64,000 bases of DNA. It comes from Gemmatimonadota bacterium. GTDB taxonomy: Bacteria; Gemmatimonadota; Gemmatimonadetes; Gemmatimonadales; GWC2-71-9. The position numbers and the translations under genes are program-made. Positions 39,014 through 48,039 of the stretch are shown here, one piece after another; within the stretch, counting starts at the first letter, position 1, and every line of letters starts with the position of its first letter. The notes below the pieces were generated by a model. It saw only the letters and a list, made by a program, of their open reading frames with translations. It did no database searches and was not told where the DNA came from. The DNA lies in contig JBDTTF010000106.1 of assembly GCA_039930765.1 (NCBI GenBank), positions 30,373 to 94,372 on the forward strand, in the 5' to 3' direction.

Positions 39014-41866
39014 ATGTCACGCATTACGTGGTACCGGATGGTGCTGTGCGCCGTGCTGGCCGGCTGCGCCGGCCACCAGAAGAATCCGGACGTGGCGCCA
39101 GCCTCAGCCGCCGCCCCGAAAGACTCACCGCCGGCCGCGGTTGCCCGGCCCGATTCCTCTGCCGGCGCACTGGCCACCCCCAGCGGCCCATTGCCGATTC
39201 TGCCACCGGCCGACGCGTTCAGCCGGGGCTGGATGCCGCTCAAGAGCACTGGCGTTCCGGATTTTCTCAAGACCCACCCCACCTACGATGGCCGAGGCGT
39301 GTTGATTGCCGTGCTGGATGGCGGGATCGATGCCGGAATTCCGGGTCTGGGCCTTACCACCAGTGGCGATCGCAAGATTCTCGACCTGCGCGATTTTTCC
39401 GCCGAGGGCTCGGTGACGCTCGCCAGGGTGGAGCCGGCGGGTGACTCGATCAAGGTTGGGGGCCGATGGCTCACTGGCGCCAGGCGGATTGCCGGGCTCA
39501 ACGTCGGCGGGTCGATCTTCGCCGGAGTGGTTCGCGAATCAGCGTGGGGAGTCGCTCCCGCCGCTGACATCAACGGGAACGGGGAAGCTGATGACACCCT
39601 GCCGGTCGTGGTCTGCCGGGCCAGCGATGGCTGGGTGCTGTTTGCCGATACCGATGGCGATGGTTCGCTGGCCGACGAGAAGCCGGTCCACGACTATCTG
39701 GTCGGACGTGAGACCTTCGGCTGGCACGGGAAGGGTCGTCCATCACCGCTGACCCTGGCCGCCAATTTTCGGGGCGAGAAGAACGCCCCCGAGCTCGACC
39801 TGTTCTTCGATGGCGACGCCCACGGCTCCCACGTCACCGGGATTGCGGCGGGTCACAACCTCTACGCCGTGAAAGGTTTTGATGGCGTGGCGCCCGGGGC
39901 CCAGATCCTGGGTCTCAAGATCGCGCGGAATGCCGAGGGCGGCATCAGCACCACCGGCAGCATGGTGAGTGCGCTGCGCTACGCGGTCGGATTTGCCACG
40001 GCGCGCCACCTCGCGCTGGTGGTCAACATGAGTTACGGCGTCGGCAATGAAGCCGAGGGCACTGCCCGGATTGACCGGATGATCGATTCGGTGCTGGCGG
40101 CCAATCCTTCAGTCGTCTTTACCATCTCGGCCGGCAATGATGGGCCGGCGCTTTCCACCCTCGGCTTTCCCGGCTCAGCCACACTCCCCATCACGGTCGG
40201 CGCTACCTATCCTGCCTCATTCCTGCCCGCCCCGCTTCCCAATCACGCGATTGAACCACTGGCCGATTTCAGCTCGCGCGGCGGTGAATTGTCCAAGCCG
40301 GATCTTGTGGCCCCTGGAATCGCGTTTTCGACGGTGCCACGCTGGAGTACCGGGGAGGAGCAGAAGGGCGGCACCAGCATGGCCAGCCCGCACGTGGCCG
40401 GACTGGCCGCGCTGCTGGTGAGCGGCCTGGTCCAGGAAAAGCGCATCGTCGAAGCCCGCATCATCAAGCAGGGGTTGATGGTCACCGCCGCACCGATCCC
40501 GGGCCAGAGCTATCTCGACGAGGGCACCGGACTGGTCAACGTGAACCGGGCCTGGGCCTGGCTGATGGCGGGACACCAGCCTCCGGAGATCAAGGTGGCT
40601 GCCGACGGAAACGGATATACCGCGGCGCTGCGATGGGGTGGCCTGGCCTCGTCCTCCGACACGCTGCAGCGCTTTACGCTCAGCGCACCCGCGCTGACGG
40701 ACGGCAAGAGCTTTACGCTTCGCTCGGACGCCACCTGGCTGTCCGCGCCGGCTCAGGTGCTGGTCGGTGCCCGGCCGGTGAGCCTCACCCTGGGTTACCG
40801 TGCGGCCTCGCTCAAGAATCCGGGCGTGTATATCGGGACGGTCACCGGCTGGGGCGCCGATTCACTGGCCGGTCCCGTGTTCAGGCTAGTCAATACCGTG
40901 GTGGTGCCGACCCCTGCCGACCTCTTTCCCGCGGCCCCATCACTGATTGCGGCCGGTGGCCAGGCCCGGGTGATTTTTCGGGCCGACTCTGCCCGGCCAT
41001 TTGCCTTGCTGATCCGGGACCCCCCCGGCGGCGGCCAGCCGATCACGGCCTACCTGCACGAGCCGGGTGGCCAGCCCTTTCGCGACGGCGATGCCAATCA
41101 GACCGGTCCGGGTGATGACGGCGCGGTCTTCGTGGTCGATGCCGCGGACGTGGTTCCCGGCTTCTATCAGGCAACCGCTGTCGGATCGCCCTACGGCACC
41201 AGCCAGGCCGTCTTTTCCCTGACCCGGAGTCCGGTGGCCATCCACGCCATGCGGAACCTTGCCGGCGTGGCGGTCTCCCTCGACAATCTCACCCCCAACG
41301 CCGTCAGCGTCCGCACGGCGCTGGTCTCGATCGGCGCCCAGCGCAACGTCCCGACCGTCGGTCATGCCAGGACCGAGCGGATTCCATTCATCGCGCCGGC
41401 CTGGGCCAATCACATCGGGATCGATGTCAGAATGGATCCGGCGCAGTGGCCGCGGTTTACCGACTTCGGGATGACGCTGATGGATTCGGCGGGTCACCGG
41501 CTCGCCACCCAGCCGGTCAACTACTCGCTGGGGCGCATTACCCTCGACCGGCCCGACGGCGCGCCGGCCCAGCCGATGGTGCTGATGCTGTCGCCCGGTT
41601 TCGCCGATTCGGCGGCAGATACCCGCTGGACGGCCCAGGTCTCGATCCGGCTCTACGCCGATTCCAATCATACGTCGGTGAAGAACGGTCCCGATGCTGC
41701 ACTCACGGGCGGCGGCTCCGCCCACCTGCTGCTCGACCTACCCGAGGCACCCGCCGCGCTCGGCGATGGGTTTTCGCCGCTTGGGCTGATCGTCATCCAG
41801 GAGGGCCAGCACGCCTGGACTCGTGAGGTCTACTTGCCCAAGCCGGGCGGAGCGCTGGCGCCCTGA
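39014..41866 (+). CDS. S8 (subtilisin-family) serine peptidase, lipoprotein
   Basis: Lipobox VLAGCAG. Catalytic triad contexts VLDGGID, HGSHVTGIAAG and GTSMASPHVAGLAALL. About 450 aa of C-terminal region with no motif I recognise. Confidence 0.85.
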   Translation: MSRITWYRMVLCAVLAGCAGHQKNPDVAPASAAAPKDSPPAAVARPDSSAGALATPSGPLPILPPADAFSRGWMPLKSTGVPDFLKTHPTYDGRGVLIAVLDGGIDAGIPGLGLTTSGDRKILDLRDFSAEGSVTLARVEPAGDSIKVGGRWLTGARRIAGLNVGGSIFAGVVRESAWGVAPAADINGNGEADDTLPVVVCRASDGWVLFADTDGDGSLADEKPVHDYLVGRETFGWHGKGRPSPLTLAANFRGEKNAPELDLFFDGDAHGSHVTGIAAGHNLYAVKGFDGVAPGAQILGLKIARNAEGGISTTGSMVSALRYAVGFATARHLALVVNMSYGVGNEAEGTARIDRMIDSVLAANPSVVFTISAGNDGPALSTLGFPGSATLPITVGATYPASFLPAPLPNHAIEPLADFSSRGGELSKPDLVAPGIAFSTVPRWSTGEEQKGGTSMASPHVAGLAALLVSGLVQEKRIVEARIIKQGLMVTAAPIPGQSYLDEGTGLVNVNRAWAWLMAGHQPPEIKVAADGNGYTAALRWGGLASSSDTLQRFTLSAPALTDGKSFTLRSDATWLSAPAQVLVGARPVSLTLGYRAASLKNPGVYIGTVTGWGADSLAGPVFRLVNTVVVPTPADLFPAAPSLIAAGGQARVIFRADSARPFALLIRDPPGGGQPITAYLHEPGGQPFRDGDANQTGPGDDGAVFVVDAADVVPGFYQATAVGSPYGTSQAVFSLTRSPVAIHAMRNLAGVAVSLDNLTPNAVSVRTALVSIGAQRNVPTVGHARTERIPFIAPAWANHIGIDVRMDPAQWPRFTDFGMTLMDSAGHRLATQPVNYSLGRITLDRPDGAPAQPMVLMLSPGFADSAADTRWTAQVSIRLYADSNHTSVKNGPDAALTGGGSAHLLLDLPEAPAALGDGFSPLGLIVIQEGQHAWTREVYLPKPGGALAP

Positions 41867-41895
41867 GTGAGCCATCTCGTGCACCGGGAGGGTCG

Positions 41896-42666
41896 ATGAC
41901 GCTGACGACAGAGATGCCACTGCGGTCGGATCGGCACGCCGGTGTGCTGACCTTGACGCTCGATCGTCCGTCAAAGCGCAACGCGCTCAGTAGCGGATTG
42001 ATTGCCGCACTGGATGCCGGGCTGGCCCAGGCCGAGTTGGATGCCGAGGTGCGAGTGGTGGCCATCGCGGGGGCGGGGAAGGATTTCTGCGCCGGCGCCG
42101 ATCTGGCCGAACTGCTGGCCTCAGCCGATCAGCCTCCAGCCGACAATGAGGCCGCGGCGCTCAAGCTGGGCGAGCTGTTCTTGAGGATCCGCAAGTTGCC
42201 GAAGCCCGTTGTGGCGCTGGTGCATGGCCGGGCACTCGCGGGCGGAGCGGGCCTGGCGACCGCCTGTGACCTGGTGCTGGCTACGGCCAGCAGCCAGCTC
42301 GGTTATCCCGAGATTCAACGAGGCTTTGTGCCCGCCATGGTCATGACCATGCTGCGGCGACATGTCGGCGAGAAAGTTGCCTTTGACCTGGTCGCAACCG
42401 GGAGGCTGCTCAGCAGTCATGAGGCGCTTGATGCCGGGCTGATTTCCCGGGTGGTGCCCGACGCTGAGTTCGAGGCAGCTTCGCACGCCCTGCTGGGCCA
42501 GCTGACCGCCGCCAGCGCCTCGGCCATGGCGCTCACCAAGCGGCAACTTTACCAGCTCGATGGGCTGTCATTCGAAGAAGGGATCCGGCTGGGTGCCCGG
42601 GTCAATGCCCTGGCTCGGGCCCACCCCGATTTCCGCACTGCCATCTCCGCATTCCTCACCCCGTGA
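41896..42666 (+). CDS. enoyl-CoA hydratase/isomerase (crotonase fold)
   Basis: LTLDRPSKRNAL, GAGKDFCAGADL and ALVHGRALAGGAGLATACD motifs. Confidence 0.85.
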   Translation: MTLTTEMPLRSDRHAGVLTLTLDRPSKRNALSSGLIAALDAGLAQAELDAEVRVVAIAGAGKDFCAGADLAELLASADQPPADNEAAALKLGELFLRIRKLPKPVVALVHGRALAGGAGLATACDLVLATASSQLGYPEIQRGFVPAMVMTMLRRHVGEKVAFDLVATGRLLSSHEALDAGLISRVVPDAEFEAASHALLGQLTAASASAMALTKRQLYQLDGLSFEEGIRLGARVNALARAHPDFRTAISAFLTP

Positions 42667-42812
42667 GATTCCTCAAGATCGCGCTGGCATTGACCGGCCT
42701 TGGCCTGGCCGTGGTTGGCGAAACGCTCGACAACCGGATGCTCGTCTACGTGGCCATGGGCTGTCTGGTCGCGGCGTTCATCCTCCGGCTCGTCACGCGT
42801 CGCCAGGGTTAG
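42663..42812 (+). CDS. candidate 49-aa two-helix membrane peptide (below ORF-track size cut-off)
   Basis: GTG 42663 overlaps the hydratase stop (GTGA). Hand translation: VRFLKIALALTGLGLAVVGETLDNRMLVYVAMGCLVAAFILRLVTRRQG*. Third-position G/C is high, like neighbouring genes. Confidence 0.35.
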   Translation: MRFLKIALALTGLGLAVVGETLDNRMLVYVAMGCLVAAFILRLVTRRQG

Positions 42813-42864
42813 TCCGCTCACAATTTGGTGACGATCCACCGGGCATCGGTCATAGCTTGGCCGG

Positions 42865-44289
42865 ATGCCCGAACACCCGTCCATTCTCTACAGTCGCGCC
42901 CGCGAGTTGCTGCTGCGCCACTACGGCTATCCGGACTTCAGGCCGGCGCAGCAGCCGGTGGTCCGCTCGATACTCGAAGGCCGGGATGTGCTCGCCGTGC
43001 TGCCGACCGGGGCGGGCAAGTCGATCTGCTTTCAGCTGCCAGCGCTGGCACTCGGTGGCGTGACCCTTGTCATCTCACCACTGGTCGCCTTGATGCAGGA
43101 CCAGGTCGAGGGGCTGCGCCGCCGCGGGATCGGGGCGGGTGCCATCAATAGTGGAGTCAGCGCTGCAGACCGGAAGCTGCTCTGGGACCAGGTCGCCGCT
43201 GGCCGGGTTCAGCTGCTGTACTGCTCTCCGGAAGGCGCGCCAGCCGTGGCTGAGGCGCTGGCAAGCCGGCAGCAGCGGGTCGCGTTGCTGGCGGTGGATG
43301 AGGCCCACTGCATCGTGGAATGGGGCCACGACTTCCGCCCCGCCTACCGCACCCTTGGCGACCTGCGCGCCATGCTGGGCCAGCCTCCGACGGTTGGGTT
43401 GACCGGCAGCGCCACACCCGCGGTGCGGGCGGATATCCAGCTGCAGCTCCGGCTCAAGCGCCCGGTGGTCCATGTCGGCTCATTCGACCGGCCCAATCTG
43501 CATTTCTCGGTGCGCCCCGCCCGGGATCTTCATCGCCGGCTCGACCTGCTCGCCACTCTGCTCCAGCACCGCGATGGCCTGACCCTGGTGTACGCCCCGA
43601 CCCGCGCCCTGACCGAGGCGGTGGCCCGGGTGGCGGCGGACCGGGGCCACGTGGCCATGCCCTATCATGCCGGGCTCGATCAGGACTCCAGGCGGCGGAT
43701 CCTGCAGCGTTTCCTCAATGGCGAGCTCGAAGTGCTGGCTGCCACCAGCGCGTTCGGCATGGGGATCGACAAGCCGGATGTCCGGCTGGTGGTCCATTGG
43801 ACCATGCCGCCATCACCGGAGTCGTACTACCAGGAAGCCGGCCGGGCGGGACGGGACGGCAACGCGGCCCGCTGCATCCTGCTGCACACCCCGGGAGATG
43901 CGGAGCTGCACCGCCGCCAGATGGAGGTCACCTTCCCGCCGGAACGCCAGCTTGAGCGAATCTGGCAGGATTCATCCGCCCGGGCAGGGGTCCCCGACAA
44001 CGTCCTCGCCTCGGCCGATCGGCTCCGGGCGGAACTGGCGCCGGGTCGTGCCCCGGTCGACTGGCGGCGAGTCAGGGCCCGGCGGCGCTCGGCGCTGGAG
44101 CGGATCGAAATCATGGAGCGCTACGCCCTCGATATGCGCTGCCGCCGGGCCGCACTGGTGGGATATTTCGGCGAGGAACTGGGGAGTTGTAGCGGGTGTG
44201 ACTGGTGTGATGGAGGCCGGAAACCCGAAAGCGGGGTGCGCCGCTGGATCAATGCCGTGCGGCAGCTCCACCGGCGCCCGCGGAAATGA
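42865..44289 (+). CDS. recQ: RecQ-family ATP-dependent DNA helicase (short form, no HRDC)
   Basis: FRPAQQPVV, PTGAGKS, VDEAHCIVEWGHDFRPAY, ATSAFGMGIDKPDVR, and a C-terminal Cys cluster CSGCDWC. Confidence 0.85.
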   Translation: MPEHPSILYSRARELLLRHYGYPDFRPAQQPVVRSILEGRDVLAVLPTGAGKSICFQLPALALGGVTLVISPLVALMQDQVEGLRRRGIGAGAINSGVSAADRKLLWDQVAAGRVQLLYCSPEGAPAVAEALASRQQRVALLAVDEAHCIVEWGHDFRPAYRTLGDLRAMLGQPPTVGLTGSATPAVRADIQLQLRLKRPVVHVGSFDRPNLHFSVRPARDLHRRLDLLATLLQHRDGLTLVYAPTRALTEAVARVAADRGHVAMPYHAGLDQDSRRRILQRFLNGELEVLAATSAFGMGIDKPDVRLVVHWTMPPSPESYYQEAGRAGRDGNAARCILLHTPGDAELHRRQMEVTFPPERQLERIWQDSSARAGVPDNVLASADRLRAELAPGRAPVDWRRVRARRRSALERIEIMERYALDMRCRRAALVGYFGEELGSCSGCDWCDGGRKPESGVRRWINAVRQLHRRPRK

Positions 44290-45493
44290 CATCGTCGTGA
44301 TCCACGATCCGGTAGATCCGGCCCGCCGCCGTGACCACGTAGACCTCACCGCCAGCATCCTGGCCGAAGGAGACGACGTTGTCGGTGGCCCCCCCGAGCC
44401 TGGGAAGCTCGATCTCCGGCAATTCCTCTTCCGGATAGCCATCGATCATGTGCAGGCTGCGGATCCAGCCACCGCAGTAGTCGCCGTAGAAATAGGTGCC
44501 GGCCAGGGCAGGGGATTTTGCGCCGCGGTAGACATATCCCCCGGTCACCGCACATGATCGTCCGTGGGAGTACACCAGCGCCGGCGGGATCAGGCCCAGC
44601 ATGAAGCATCCAAGGGCCGGCTGGTAGCAGTTGAAACCCTCGGTCGTCGGCCAGCCGAAGTTGTTGCCGCCCGCGATCGGGGCGGGGAGGTAGTTGATTT
44701 CCTCCCACTCGGCCTCGCCGACATCACCCAGGTACAAGTCGCCGGTGCCGCGGTCAAAGCTCCAGCGCCAGGGGTTTCTGAATCCCAGCTGCCAGATCTC
44801 ACCCCGCCATCCCGGCCGGTTGACATACGGATTGTCAGCCGGAATACCATACGGTGTGCCCGCATCGACATCGACCCGCAGCAGCTTGCCGAGCAACGAC
44901 GTGCTGTCCTGGGACCGGCTCAGCGGATCGCCGCCGGTCTGCCCGTCACCCAGGCCGAGGTAGAGTTTGCCGTCGGGGCCGAACGTGACGAGACCGCCAT
45001 ACAGTACCGCGCTGGGTGCTTCGGCCTGGGTCAGCAGGACCTGCTGGCTGGCGGCACTGGCATGGTTGCCCGAGGAGTCAGCCGTGAACTCGGCCAGCAC
45101 TGCATTGCCATCGAGGCCGGCGTAGTAGACGAACAGCCGGTGGTTACTGGCGTACTGCGGATGAAACGCCAGGCTGTACACCCCATACTCGCCGGTCGAG
45201 GGATTGGTGAGTGCGGTCAGGTTGAGGAAGGCGGAGTCCTGCCGGACCCCGTTGTGCCGCAGGAGAATACGGCCGCCGCGCTGCACCACCACGAGCCGGG
45301 AGCTGTCCCCGGGCGGGGCGGTGACGAAAACGGAAAAGTCGTAACCGCTGTCCACCGGCACGAGCCGGAGTCCGGTGGCCGGCGGGGCCGGGGCGGTGCT
45401 ATCGCCGCTGCACCCGATGGCAAGGCAGGCGCCCACCAGCAGGATGACTCTCCCTCGGATTGACAGCGTCCCGTCCGGCAGGAACATTCGCAT
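44249..45493 (-). CDS. PQQ-dependent sugar (glucose/sorbosone) dehydrogenase-like beta-propeller lipoprotein
   Basis: Lipobox LAIGCSG. Propeller motifs LAFHPQY, GFRNPWRWSFD and LYLGDVGE. The 3' end overlaps the recQ 3' end by 41 nt. Confidence 0.75.
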   Translation of the reverse strand: MRMFLPDGTLSIRGRVILLVGACLAIGCSGDSTAPAPPATGLRLVPVDSGYDFSVFVTAPPGDSSRLVVVQRGGRILLRHNGVRQDSAFLNLTALTNPSTGEYGVYSLAFHPQYASNHRLFVYYAGLDGNAVLAEFTADSSGNHASAASQQVLLTQAEAPSAVLYGGLVTFGPDGKLYLGLGDGQTGGDPLSRSQDSTSLLGKLLRVDVDAGTPYGIPADNPYVNRPGWRGEIWQLGFRNPWRWSFDRGTGDLYLGDVGEAEWEEINYLPAPIAGGNNFGWPTTEGFNCYQPALGCFMLGLIPPALVYSHGRSCAVTGGYVYRGAKSPALAGTYFYGDYCGGWIRSLHMIDGYPEEELPEIELPRLGGATDNVVSFGQDAGGEVYVVTAAGRIYRIVDHDDVISAGAGGAAARH

Positions 45494-45596
45494 TCCGGAA
45501 CATAGTCAGCTGTGGTGGCGCGTGCCGTTATATTCGTTCGCGGCGTAGTGGTATCCGGACTCTCGTCCCTCTCTCCAGTCTCCCGACCCAGGCCCC

Positions 45597-46814
45597 ATGG
45601 ATCACGCACTCTACTTCTCCGAGCAGCACCACCAGGTCCGCGAGATGGTCCGCGAGTTCTCCCGCCAGGAAATTGCCCCGGTGGCCAGGGAGCTCGACCG
45701 GACTTCCGAATTTCCCTGGGAAAACATCCGCAAGATGGGAGCGCTCGGCCTGCTGGGGGTGCCGTGGAGCGAGGAGCTGGGCGGTGCGGGGATGGACCAG
45801 CTGTCCTATTACATCACCATCCATGAAATGGCCAAGGTCGATGCCAGTCACGCCCTGACCATCTCGGCCCATACCAATCTGGGTACTTCACCGATCGTCG
45901 AGTTCGGCACTCCGGAGCAGAAAAAGCGCTATGTGCCGCTGCTGGCCAGCGGCAAGATCCTGGGCGGCTTCGGGTTGACCGAGCCGGGGGCCGGCAGCGA
46001 CGCGGGCGGCACCGCCACGACCGCCGTCGACCAGGGCGATCACTATCTCCTCAATGGCTCCAAGATCTTCATTACCCATGCCGGGGTGGGCGAGAATTTC
46101 GTGGTCACCGCCCGCACCACGCCAGGCGCCGGCAACAAGGGGATCACCAGCTTCATCGTCACCAAGGACAGCGTCGATCTCAGCCGCTGTCAGGCGGTGG
46201 GGGTGGGGCATGACTCCTCGCTGATCCGCACCAAGGGCGTCCGGGCCGGCAAGAAGGAAGACAAGATGGGCTGGCGGGCCAGCGATACCCGCGAGTTGAT
46301 CTTTGAGGATGCCATCGTCCCCAAGGAAAATGTCCTGGGCCAGGTCGGCATGGGGTTCGTCAACTTCCTGAAGACACTGGATGGTGGCCGGATCGGCATT
46401 GCTGCCCTGTCACTCGGCATCGCCGAGGGAGCGTACGACGAAGCGCTCAAATATGCCGGGGTTCGCAAGCAGTTCGGGCAGGCCATCGGGTCGTTCCAGG
46501 GCGTGCATTTCCAGCTGGCCGACATGGCGATGGAAATCGAGGCCGGCACCCATCTGCTCTATCACGCCGCCTGGCTCAAGCAGAATGGCAAGCCGTTCAA
46601 GAAGGAGGCGGCCATGGCCAAGCTGTACTGCTCAGAACTGGCCATGCGCAACACCACCAAGGCGGTCCAGATCTTCGGCGGATATGGCTACACCACCGAG
46701 TATCCCGTCGAGCGCATGATGCGGGATGCCAAGGTCTGTGAAATCGGTGAAGGTACCAGCGAGATCCAGCGAATCGTGATCGCCCGCCACATCCTCGGCA
46801 GCATCGTCAGGTAG
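45597..46814 (+). CDS. acyl-CoA dehydrogenase (short/branched-chain type)
   Basis: GFGLTEPGAGSD, ERMMRDAKVCEIGEGTSEIQR and the typical ACAD length, plus a ~25-aa insert (DSVDLSRCQAVGVGHDSSLIRTKG). Confidence 0.85.
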   Translation: MDHALYFSEQHHQVREMVREFSRQEIAPVARELDRTSEFPWENIRKMGALGLLGVPWSEELGGAGMDQLSYYITIHEMAKVDASHALTISAHTNLGTSPIVEFGTPEQKKRYVPLLASGKILGGFGLTEPGAGSDAGGTATTAVDQGDHYLLNGSKIFITHAGVGENFVVTARTTPGAGNKGITSFIVTKDSVDLSRCQAVGVGHDSSLIRTKGVRAGKKEDKMGWRASDTRELIFEDAIVPKENVLGQVGMGFVNFLKTLDGGRIGIAALSLGIAEGAYDEALKYAGVRKQFGQAIGSFQGVHFQLADMAMEIEAGTHLLYHAAWLKQNGKPFKKEAAMAKLYCSELAMRNTTKAVQIFGGYGYTTEYPVERMMRDAKVCEIGEGTSEIQRIVIARHILGSIVR

Positions 46815-46968
46815 CACGAGTGCCCCCGGAAGAGCTGCCGCGGAGGAACGCGGCCCAACCAGTAGTGCCCGCAACGACGGAGGAAGTACTTCGGTCCTTG
46901 CGGCGGGCCATCAGGCCCCGCGGCCGGCACGCCCTTGGGTCGCTTCTCCCGTCTTTCGTCGCCCGACC

Positions 46969-47613
46969 GTGATCGTCCTCGGCGCCACCGTCGTCGGGCT
47001 CCAGGCCGGCACGTCGAGGCAGCTTCAGGTCGGTGACAAATCGATCCGGACTGCGATCGCCAAATCGGCCATCAGCGGGTCGGCCCGCATCGGGCTGGAC
47101 GGGATCGAGGGAGATGCGCAGGCCGATCGGCGCACCCACGGCGGGAAGGAGCGGGCCCTCGGCGCCTATCCCGCCGTTCATCTGCTCTGGTGGGGTGACC
47201 GGATGCGGCGCCACCTCGATCCCGGCGCCTTCGGCGAGAACCTGACGATCATGGGGCTGGACGAGCGCCGGGCCCATATCGGCGATCGGTTCCGGTTCGG
47301 CAGCGCCCTCCTCGAAATCTCCCAGCCTCGCGAGCCGGCGCCCGATCTTGCGGCATGGCTGGGCACTCCGGACCTCACCAGCCAGATCAGGGAAAACGGC
47401 CGCACCGGCTGGTATTTCAGAGTAATCGAACCCGGCATTGCGGCGGCCGGCCTCCCCCTGGTCCAGGAAGTGGCGGATTCCCGGAAAATCTCTGTGGTGG
47501 AAGCCTATCGGATCAGACTGGACACCCGGGGTCCCCGAGACCAGGTCAGGCGGCTGCTTGAGGTCCCGGCCCTCTCCTCGGGCTGGCGGATCAGTCTGCA
47601 ACGTCGGCTCTGA
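46969..47613 (+). CDS. MOSC-domain protein (YiiM-like)
   Basis: GIEGDAQADRRTHGG, FGENLTIMGLDE and LLEISQPREP (the Cys of the usual QPRxPC is absent here). Confidence 0.7.
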   Translation: MIVLGATVVGLQAGTSRQLQVGDKSIRTAIAKSAISGSARIGLDGIEGDAQADRRTHGGKERALGAYPAVHLLWWGDRMRRHLDPGAFGENLTIMGLDERRAHIGDRFRFGSALLEISQPREPAPDLAAWLGTPDLTSQIRENGRTGWYFRVIEPGIAAAGLPLVQEVADSRKISVVEAYRIRLDTRGPRDQVRRLLEVPALSSGWRISLQRRL

Positions 47614-47627
47614 CGCTCCTGGGGCGG

Positions 47628-47656
47628 TTGCCGAGTTACCGGGCAGCGCCTAAGTT
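47628..47656 (+). promoter_or_regulatory. candidate promoter TTGCCG-17-TAAGTT for the RNase G/E gene
   Basis: Hexamers read directly in a locally AT-richer patch. It would give a leader of about 375 nt. Confidence 0.25.
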
Positions 47657-48039
47657 GTTGTATATGACGGCAGTACTCCCTATCCAGAGACTCCCCAGGA
47701 GCACCGGCGCCCCCTCCCTCGCCGGTGCCCCTGGTCACATCTGCCGTCACCTTATCCAGCTGCTTTTCCATCTGGGCGCGTGGCTGCTCACTCGAGCCGC
47801 TGGCGCCATGCGGGACCGCTCGCTCGCCATCTGGCGAGGGGCTCTGACAGTCGGCCGGCAGCCTGCCGGCAATCGTCGTAGGGCCGGACACCTGGTACGG
47901 GTGCCGGTCATCCAACTGACGCTGGGGGCGTTCACCGGGATCACCGGCGGCGCCCCCACTTCCATTTCCAGGACCTGGAGGACCGGTGGGCGCGCCAGCA
48001 GGTGCTGCGCCGCCGGTCAGCTCTGGGCCGAGGTCTCGC

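Noticed and set aside
37930-39282. 450-aa minus-strand ORF
   Set aside because: It is antisense to the carboxyltransferase and the S8 peptidase start, and shows the same mirror-frame composition.
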